64,000 bases of DNA. Origin: Ophelia neglecta. Its lineage: Eukaryota. The stretch is taken from contig OZ260661.1 of NCBI GenBank assembly GCA_965285935.1, forward strand, positions 53,010,001 through 53,074,000, written 5' to 3'. The translations under genes and the position numbers were made by a program. This document shows positions 55,001-64,000 of this stretch, piece after piece. Position 1 is the first letter of the stretch, and each line of letters begins with the position of its first letter. The notes below the pieces were generated by a model that made no database searches, was not told where the DNA came from, and saw nothing but the letters and a program-made list of their open reading frames with translations.

Positions 55001-57280
55001 CATACATGAATTTTAGATCGAACTGATCGATGTATCTCATCATGTAAATCATTCAGTAAACTCTCCAAATAGATGAATAATGTTTTCATCTGAAGTTTGC
55101 CTATATATGTATACCGTCATATAGCAAACAGTTTGAGCGGCACACCCCATTAAACATGCAGATATCAGCTATGCCAGGCCATGCCCTTTTCTCTGTCAAG
55201 TCGCATGGCAGTGATGAATAATGATGAAATGAGGAGGAGAAGAGAATTAACATGAGAGGCTTTGACTGGGCGCCTATCATGTGTCTGGCCGGGGACCTGG
55301 TGGCGTTTGTCCTTCTTGTTGCCTCTTCTCATCTGGGCAACTATCGCTCCATAGAGAGGGGTTTAAAAGGCCCCTTGGTACGAGAAATTTGTTTGGCAAA
55401 ACACTTCTGAATTACAATAATCACAAATGAAATACCTCAAGGAGAGGAGGGCATTCGAGTCTGTGGCCAATTGCCATTCATCCTTTCTGCGGGTGCGGGA
55501 CTCGAGTCAACAGTCCCGCACTCCCTGTGAGCTTGTTCCGGCTTCCCGAATGCTTTGTTTACCGATCAAGATTTCGGCACACGAGGAGCATTCTGGGAGC
55601 CTCGATTGCATTTATTTCCTCTCGCCTTGATACTCGAGGGCTCTCCCTAGAATTGTAACAGACCCTCAGCGAAATAAGATTATACCCTCAATTTCCCCAA
55701 TTATTCCCCTAAACAGAGGGAGCTTAGGTACCGTTGATTGATCCAAACGATGATTCTACCGTAATTAATTGGATTCTTGCGAAATTGCTAATTGCTTTTT
55801 GCCTATTTCTGTCTATAATCAAAATTAAGAAAATGTCACCCCTGGAAGGCAATAATACATGGTAAAATTGAAATCAACATACATGTATATATATATATAT
55901 ATTAGGTTTTTTTTCATATTTGCCTTTTGATTGGTGATCCCATATTTTGATAAGTTTGCCACCTTATTGATGTATACCGATGCAGTGGTCGGGCCTGAGA
56001 ACGACCGAGACTCAGTCGTCGGCGGCGGGTAATAAGGTGGGTTTTCCGTAGCCGGTCTCGAGGGTACCACAATGTTATTAGTCGGCTTGCTTTCCTTACA
56101 TAAGTGGCGTTAAGCAGTGGCGTAAAATAATGTTCTTGCCGTGCCCGAACAACAAGTAATTCACGCTGGTCACTGGGGGTTTCTCTCTTCTTGCTACTTA
56201 TTTAGCGCGCGAAATAAACTAGATGGAAAAGGCGAGTTAGAAAAAAACATCATTAACTGTGGAGGGCTTGTTGGTTATTCTCTGATTCTTCGAAAACCAA
56301 ATTAAGTACAGACTTGGTACCAAAGTCTTTTCGTGACTTGTTCACGACTGTTTTCCTATACCATTGGAAAACTACACAGACAATTAAAAGAAAGAAAAAC
56401 CAGTATAATTGCATGGATATTCCAGCTGTTTTATTATGAAAAGATGTGCTTTACTACTGGCGTAGGAGATACGGTGCGTGTATTAAAATACGTGCCCATT
56501 TGAGAATTGAATAGATTCCCTGATTACAAAACCATTAGCGTGGTTTAGCATAAGTACTAGTGATGAGTTAATTTCTTTTCTGTCTCATAAGCACAAGAGG
56601 GATTAGGCTAGAGCCGAATAGCTTTAATTAACTGAATCCAGAGTTTGTGGAAAGATTTCTCATAATGGCCGACTCCGCAAATGTAGATTTAGAAAAACTA
56701 GACCATTTTGCAAACGAAAGAAAAAGTTTGTTGCCAGTTTATGACTACACTAATATATATAAATATATCGATGTATACTACAAATGCTGACGATACTAGG
56801 CCTATAAATTAAGTGCCAAGTCGCATGACAATCATCAGTTCGGCGTTCTACTCGGGTTTATGTAGTCGCTGTTTGGATAATAAAGACTCGCTCATCAATA
56901 CTTTCCCTGTTTAATTAAATTAATTTCATACTATCGGTGACTGGGTCATTTTCTGAATTTGTTTTGCCGAGATATGGCGAGCGGGACGCCTCACGACATG
57001 CGTGATACATGTAGCGCTGATGATTTTCACACACTTCGTTTCATAGTCATGCAATAAAGACTGTATATTTCAAGACCTTTCAGTCCCACAGGCAGAATTT
57101 ATTTCATGGCATTTGTTTAAAAATTGAACAGGGCGTAATTCGTTCTATCATAGATCGTCTGTTACAGGTAAAGGTTGGGAGATGGGTCCCATTTTTAGAC
57201 AATTCTGCCGCAATGTCTCGCGATCATCGATGTATCGCGTGATTGGAATTATTAAGATTAACAAGCATAATACATTCCAT

Positions 57281-57334
57281 GTTGGATGTTCTGATGATGT
57301 CGGATGTGCGAATGGTGTTGGATGTTCTGATGGG
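57281..57334. repeat. 18-bp tandem repeat x3 (GTTGGATGTTCTGATGAT-like), followed by a G tract
   Basis: Units start at 57281, 57299 and 57317. Units 1 and 3 share 16 identical nt. Confidence 0.75.
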
Positions 57335-60300
57335 GGTGGGGGGGGGGGGAGTTGAGCAATTCCTCCACGAACTGGAAGAGGGAAGCAGACGACTTGGAAG
57401 TTTACTCAACCGAGCGTAGCGGTGTTATGGTATGTTGTCAGTTGGGACTTACAGTCCATCCTCGATGGAACTCTCCGTCTCCCCTGATCCAGCTTCCGTA
57501 TGTATAGTCGGCCACATAACGCCGCGGTCCTTGACTGAGATAAAGATTGGTGTCGTTCTGATCAGAAAGACCAAGATGGGCGCTATCCAGATCACAAAGC
57601 TCTACTGTCTCAGATCACAATCCCGAACCCCTTAATTTCTGGTCGTCTGAAGGACACATTTAGGTGCTTTATTGTCAATTTTCCACAAACTGTAAGCAGC
57701 TGCAACTGATGGTAGGAGGCGATTAATTATTCAGCAAATGCCGGCTCAATTTGGAAGCCTCAGCGTCTCGGGAGCAGCGTCCCTGGCTGGGAGGGATTCC
57801 ATTGCCGTATTATGGGGGTCATACTTCTAATTATGTGTTAATTCGGCCGACATTAGGCTGTAGAGTTGCCATTACGGTGATCAGGCCCATTCCTGACGTT
57901 TTTGTGCGGTGATGACGCGCCGAATTAAGTCAGAAGACAATGCCAAACACATTTTGCCAAATCCCTCTAGCCTCTGAGGGACAATCAGAGGTCGGAGGCG
58001 AGCCCGACAAAGCTTGGCCCCGGCTTTCGCATGGTCATTACACCAATGTCATTAAACTGTTCTTCATTCATTTAATGCAACTTTTCTAACCTTGTAAGAG
58101 GCTTCATTGAGCCGGCTGCTTTATCAAGACTATTTGCTAAAATGTGAGCGGTTGTTTGTTTGAGCGCCTGTTGTGTTATGGGTATTTCTGCTAGCGTCCC
58201 TTGTGAGAGGTCTTATGAAGGCCAGAATGGCCCCGGGCTGACTGACTGGGGTGACCGGACCTAGACCTTCTTCTCCCTGACTACCTCATAACAAGTCCTC
58301 CGGTCACAGATCTTCCAATGCAGCCGGGAGCCATGACCTACTTAGAATATCTGTCATTGCCCTGTCTCTTTAGACGTCAACTGGTCTCCAGGCCATAGAA
58401 CCATTCTCAATGGTGCTTTCTTGTTCGCTGTAATTAGGAGAAGGCCATGGATCATTTTTATTTGACTCTGAGCCGCTTGAAGCTTACCCTCCTCTACCAG
58501 GCCAGTGGTCAAAGAGGGCTACCCATGGAGGGAGGGGAGGGTTTAGGTCAAAGGGTTCAGGGTTAGATTATGATATGTGGGTTCTTTCAAGTGGGCAACA
58601 CTACCGGGAATGGTTCTATCAATGCTAGGAGAAGGTTCCAGTACAGCTAGAAGAAGGCAGTGTATACTAATGGCGCACATGATGTATGGCAATACAAACA
58701 TGTAGTGTATATCAGGCGGCTTGCTCAATGACCGGAGTCAGATATTATTGGCCATCTGAAGGCAAAACAGTCATCTTGGTGGCATCTTCTTGTTCTTGAT
58801 CGGGCTTTTATATTCAGATGGGAGAATGCTTGCTCCCCGGGGCCTTCCTGAAAGCAAAACAGAACAAAGAGCCCCCAGGAAGCAATAAGTAGGTGGTCTT
58901 TGCCTGCAGTGTATTGTCACTTATTCTCCTTTACTTTTTACTTCTTGTGCCTCTATTACGCTTTAGGGTATCATTTGGCAGCCATGATCTATTAGAAAAT
59001 GGATGGGGATGTGTTTTGTTAGATTATCAGTTGCCGGGGTATATGGCTCCCGCTCTATGATTAGGCTATCCTGTGCATGTGAATACTCTCGGGATAAAAG
59101 GGCCCGAGGGCGACGGACTCTTGAGAGCCGAACCCGCCCCAACTCCTCTCTCTTCGCATTCCTTCACACCGACTTTTTGTTAACTTGCTCCAAGGTGATC
59201 ACTGTAGTATTTGCAAATCTCCTGCGAGACTCCGGTTAAGGAGGGTCAAACATGCAATCGTCCTGCTGCAGCTTCTGCTTGGCACCTGTTCAACAAGCAG
59301 GCGGGTAGCTGTGCCAATTTGATCATTTTGATATTGGTGATTCTCCCATGTTGGTCTGATTCCTTTCTCTGCCCTGATGGCTTTGCCTAATGCTCAAATA
59401 CCTGGTGCTCATGCATGTGTCTCCGCGACAAATGATTTCGTTGTATTACCACATAATATTAATATATCAATTCATTTGTGTTCCTAAAATATAAAGCCAC
59501 CAATTTCTTTAAACACAGCAGTGGTATAGATATGGTAAACTGTGACAGCCTTGAAAGCCGGATTGAGTCAGATGCCTCGTATCTAGGTCTCCCTATAATT
59601 ATGATAGTAATGTGACAATTCATCACAAATTGCCCTTCTCCGGTTACATATGACAGTTTAATAAGATTATTTTCAATTAATGCAATCTAACAGTTGCCTG
59701 GAGAGGCACTCCACCTGCTACCCCTGTCGTCTGCCGTTGCAGTCGTTTTGTTTGCTCTCTCAGCGCTTCCGTCGCATTGTTATCTACTTTTAGGAAAACA
59801 AAAGGTACCAACACTGCCCGGAAAATTGTAAGGTGATCTTCGCTCAGAACCTGATCGCATACTTCCGAAAGTTTAAGCCGGTTCAATTTGATAACTGGGT
59901 GGAGGCTGAATTTGAAACTTGGCCATTTTCTTTTCTGGGTCTTTGGTTCCCCTATTGAGCTGTTCTACAATTTAAGAGATGGACAATTTGGGAGGGAAGG
60001 CATATCTGAATTAGGAGTATGTCTAAGGCAACATTGACATGTATTGTTAATTCAATCTTCTGCGCCCTCGCTCTGCCTGGTTGGTTGCAGATTATTGTAA
60101 AATATGTCATAAAAAGGTTGACATTGTTTTGCCTAAAGGGCCCTATCTGATTGTGATGATGATCATCTTGAGGAGGACAATAAACATCCCATTGTCAAGC
60201 CTCCTATCTGTGAAAATTGGTGACATATTTGCGGATTTAAATCGTCCAAAAGCATTGTTTTCGCTTGAAACACTAAATCTCTTAGAGAGTCGGCAAAGTG

Positions 60301-62892
60301 GAAAATTCTATTGTATTGTTTGAGGTGTTTCTATATTATGCCGTGTGTGATTCCACCAGGCACATTGCCAGAGGGCACGGTCCTGGGCATTTATTAGCTG
60401 TATAATGCGGTGTGTGGGACAAAGATGAACGGTTCTGTATTTCCATACCCAGTGAGTGGTGAGCAAAAGAGACAGCGGGTGTGGGGGTTGATAGCACAGA
60501 AACTTCAACACCCTCAGGCTAGTTTTGATGGAACAATTTGCATAGGTAACATCCCATTATCCCGGCCTACCATGGGGTCTACATGTAATAGGCTGACATT
60601 TGGCCTCGCGATTAAAGCTACTCACGCTTGACAATTACAAATGGTCCGCGAGCACAATGTGCAAGGAACGCCATTAATCGGCCACATTCGCTGACGAGTT
60701 TATTTTCCTTTTACCATAATTAATGGACTCTTGAAACGTTTTCTAGATTAAATTCACAAGCCTGGTGACATTGTTTCAACTCTGATGAGAGACCATTTTC
60801 GGAGTGCTATATTGTAGTCAGAAAGAAAGAAAATTCCTCATATAATATATTGGCTTAATAGATGAAACATTTAGTTGACAATTTGGCCTTTATATTTGTA
60901 TCAGTGATACGTCCTGTATTGAATGCCAGTTACTAAGTTGATTTCCTACCATTTTGACCAATTCCATTCGACCTAGAATGGAGGCTTTGTCCTTATACAA
61001 GACCCCCCCCCCCACTCCCCCCAACCCCTTCCTGCATGGTAGGTTGTAGACTAGGGTGACCATGCCGTAACTGGCTCTAAAGAAACATGCACCTTGCCGT
61101 GGAACTGTCAGTCACCGCCATCTGTCTAATGTTAGGCCTGCCATCAGCCGTACATCGCCAGATTTGTTTATAAGTGATCTTATGGTCACTTGCATAATGC
61201 TGGCACTTGGCGTGAAGCGAACTCATTAAAGTTGTAACAGAGCACACGTATTAGGCAGACACGCACGGAGAGCAGACAATGAGATGGCTTCCTTCTAGAT
61301 GTGTAGGATTACATTTAAATATATTTTCTCATAGAGTTACGTCGGTGCCACCCCGGGAGAGTTGGCTAACTGTCGGACATATCCACCGCCCCCACCCCGC
61401 CTCAAAACACAAACATAAAGCTCGCAGCTCGGTCAGACGACATCCCAATATCTGACAGGCCTGCAGGACTCCCGCCATTACGTCAGAAGTCAAAGAAACT
61501 GCCAACTGTTCCTGTGAGAAGGAAGCAATGGTATTCAAACCCAACATCATAACACCAAATGCTTTCTTAATTACATCCAACAAAATTAAAGTTAGGCGGC
61601 ATATGGCTTCTTTCTTTAACCATCTCAGTTTTGCATGACATTGTTATGCTTTCCACAACTCATTTGATCATCTTTTCAGGCGTCTTCTGCAAATATGAAT
61701 TACAAGAAGATGCTCGTAGTCAATTTCGTGCTCAACAAATTTGGATTGCAAATGAAAAATCCATCCAGCATGTCTACAGAGGCGGTAGATGATGCTGGCG
61801 CCTCTGCTTATTGCCCCGGCTAACCCTCACGTTCTGCTATGGATTACCATTAGCCCCTCACAAAGACAGATCAAACAGGATTCACCTTGTTAATGTTTGG
61901 GCAGACGAGACTAAGCCAAGATATCTTCTGCCTGTCAATAACAAAATAATGACTTCCTGTAAGCTTGCGCGGCGGGCTTGACGCCGGCAAAGGAAGATGT
62001 TTTAGAAATTCTATCCATGTTTCAATGGCTGGATTATCTACCGATGAAGCAGTTGAAAAAGGGAAATTATTTTGACACGGTGTGAGGGGCTCCCTTGTGT
62101 AATATCGGGCTTTATTCAACATAATGGTAAGATATAATCCATCAAAGAGCGGACTAATGGCTGAGAACACCGGCCTAATGCAGTCGCTGGCCCTAATGGA
62201 AAGATAGGACGTAATCAACGTGGCCTAATATACACATGCTCTTTCTATACCATTCACAGTATTATCAAATATTGATGCCATCCTCTCTTCTATTCATAAC
62301 GTCCCGCACTCAGAGCGGGTTAGATATTCACCCCCGGTGTTGAGTAGGGTTGACCCGGAGTGGTGACTGCCGCCGACTTTTATGGACAGGACAACGGGCG
62401 TAGTTGGTAGAGACTACGTGACATACGAGCGGGGAGGACACCTTTCCCGGCTGTTTACGACCACCAGTCGACTTGTCCTCATGCGCTAATGCCCCTTAGC
62501 TTCTCTCATTCACATTAAAAGCACACATAAAGACCCAGCATTAGAAGGGCACCCCCTTTCTTCGGCTTGTCATGAAGATATATCAAGGTATATACCATCC
62601 AGGTTGAGCACACGAATCAAGCGAAAGCCCTACCCGAGACACTAATGACATTATAAGACTTCTACGACATGCTTCGCCTGAATAATATATAGCCCTAGCA
62701 ACAGAGTGCTTTGCCATCTTAACTTTTTGCTTTTTGGTTTATTTTCTAGGTAGCTTGTAGATCTGATCATGGAAGTTTTACATCAAGTAAAGTTAGTTTC
62801 GCCGAGGGAACTGTGCCTCTTTAAGCCAGTGCTCAAAGACCGTGATTAGAGGAATCATTGGCCGAGCCCATGCCTCTAACAGCATATTTGAT

Positions 62893-62912
62893 GCAGGTCA
62901 TGCATGACCTGC
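62893..62912. repeat. Perfect 20-bp palindrome GCAGGTCATGCATGACCTGC
   Basis: Self reverse-complementary; contains AGGTCA-N4-TGACCT. Confidence 0.85.
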
Positions 62913-64000
62913 CTTCATCGGGTTTATTATGAACCCGACTCTAAAAATGTGGTTCTTCATTGCAGAAAGTGTGTATTTCAGACCCTGGTCCTTCAACTGT
63001 TATTTTCCTTAACGACTTTATGGTGACTATTGATGGCGGTTTTACTGGCTGGACTCTGGTTTTGTATTGATTCCTCTTGGCTTCAAAGCCATTGGCGCGT
63101 CTCCATTTGGAGGAGCTTTGCTCTCATTATTGACTTTCAATTTGGACGGAATATTCTCCCAAGTCGTGATCTCCATAAGCACTGTAATACATATCAAATA
63201 TTCGGGCTTCACCTATCCCCGCTATCTGCCTGTCTGGACGGGCCAGAGGGACCGGCTCGGCTAAATAGGCCACATAACTCGCCCGATGGCGGATTAAGGG
63301 ACTAGCAACAAACTCCATAAACGCCGTCAGGAGAGCCTCGGCCCTCAGATACCAATACAGATAATTCATTTTATCAACAAAGGGGGCTCGATAAATATAT
63401 TGGGCTAACAAAGGGTGATCTTCGACATTCCCCAGCGGTCGTTGGGTTTCGATAAGCGGTGGCCGAGATTTAAGCTGGCCGAAGCCGTCTGATCCACTTC
63501 TCTTGGTCTCTTGTCCTTCGAAATCTCACTCATGAATATGGCCATTCTTAAAATTTATATATCTGCTTTAACTCAGACGATCTTACTAATACACGACAAA
63601 TTTTCTTCTTCTAAGCTTTGCACGATGGAAAGCTGCCATGAAAGGGATGGTTCCTTGTTTGATAAAAGTGGCAATGATTTTATAGGTGCCCAAACTGCTG
63701 CCATTGCATGCAAGGTTCTCAAAACATGAACAGACTCAGAGGCAAAACAAACTTTCCAAATCACCCAATTAAGATGGATATTCCTTTTATAATCGTCCCA
63801 TAAGTAAGTGAGAAGCAAGCGGGGACTAATGGCTCGTCAAATGCGTCTTCCCTTGCCAATGTTTGTTATTTGTTGAGAATATCAGGAGAACAGGATTGGC
63901 GTAAAATGACCAACAAAGACGTGACTATATGAGGCCACGAGTTTGGAATGATGAATAACCGACCAATGGTTGTTGACAGAACCTCGAGTCTGTAATTGTA

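Larger units (their letters stand above)
20987..64000 (+). other. coe intron 6 (more than 43 kb, continues beyond the window)
   Basis: Donor at 20987. A manual scan for the expected exon 7 peptide ([27 protein letters not shown]), checking GAYATG contexts for N-P-R-D-M, found nothing before 64000. Confidence 0.8.

Noticed and set aside
20987-64000. Canonical Mad/Medea/Schnurri silencer GRCGNC-N5-GTCT, and conserved miRNAs (miR-9, -124, -7, -71, -2 and others)
   Set aside because: A manual scan found no exact match. The nearest in the window is GGCGAC-N5-GTCA near 11860. The scan was by eye and could miss instances.

Overview
This is eukaryotic (bilaterian animal, probably non-vertebrate) genomic DNA, not prokaryotic. 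The only securely identifiable gene is the 5' half of a COE/Collier/EBF/UNC-3 transcription factor gene on the + strand. I reconstructed six GT-AG coding exons by hand (13606-13736, 14001-14154, 15270-15330, 17792-17847, 20686-20759, 20918-20986; 545 nt). They encode MFGIQ...[38 protein letters not shown]...[28 protein letters not shown]. None of these exons appears as such in the ORF track, whose entries are almost all noise. I did not find exon 7, so intron 6 runs from 20987 past the window end (>43 kb). It has no recognisable transposon ORF and is rich in regulatory-looking motifs. The most notable unexplained signals are: (1) at least 18 dispersed copies of the Smad-like octamer CAGACGAC; (2) clusters of COE-binding-like sites inside the coe gene, suggesting autoregulation; (3) a candidate distal, in-frame alternative first exon about 6 kb upstream; (4) a convergent pair of CTCF motifs; (5) an RFX X-box cluster with a possible minus-strand first exon at the left edge; (6) a 107-nt hairpin; and (7) an AP-1 cluster. 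All motif counts were made by eye, and all regulatory interpretations are inference.
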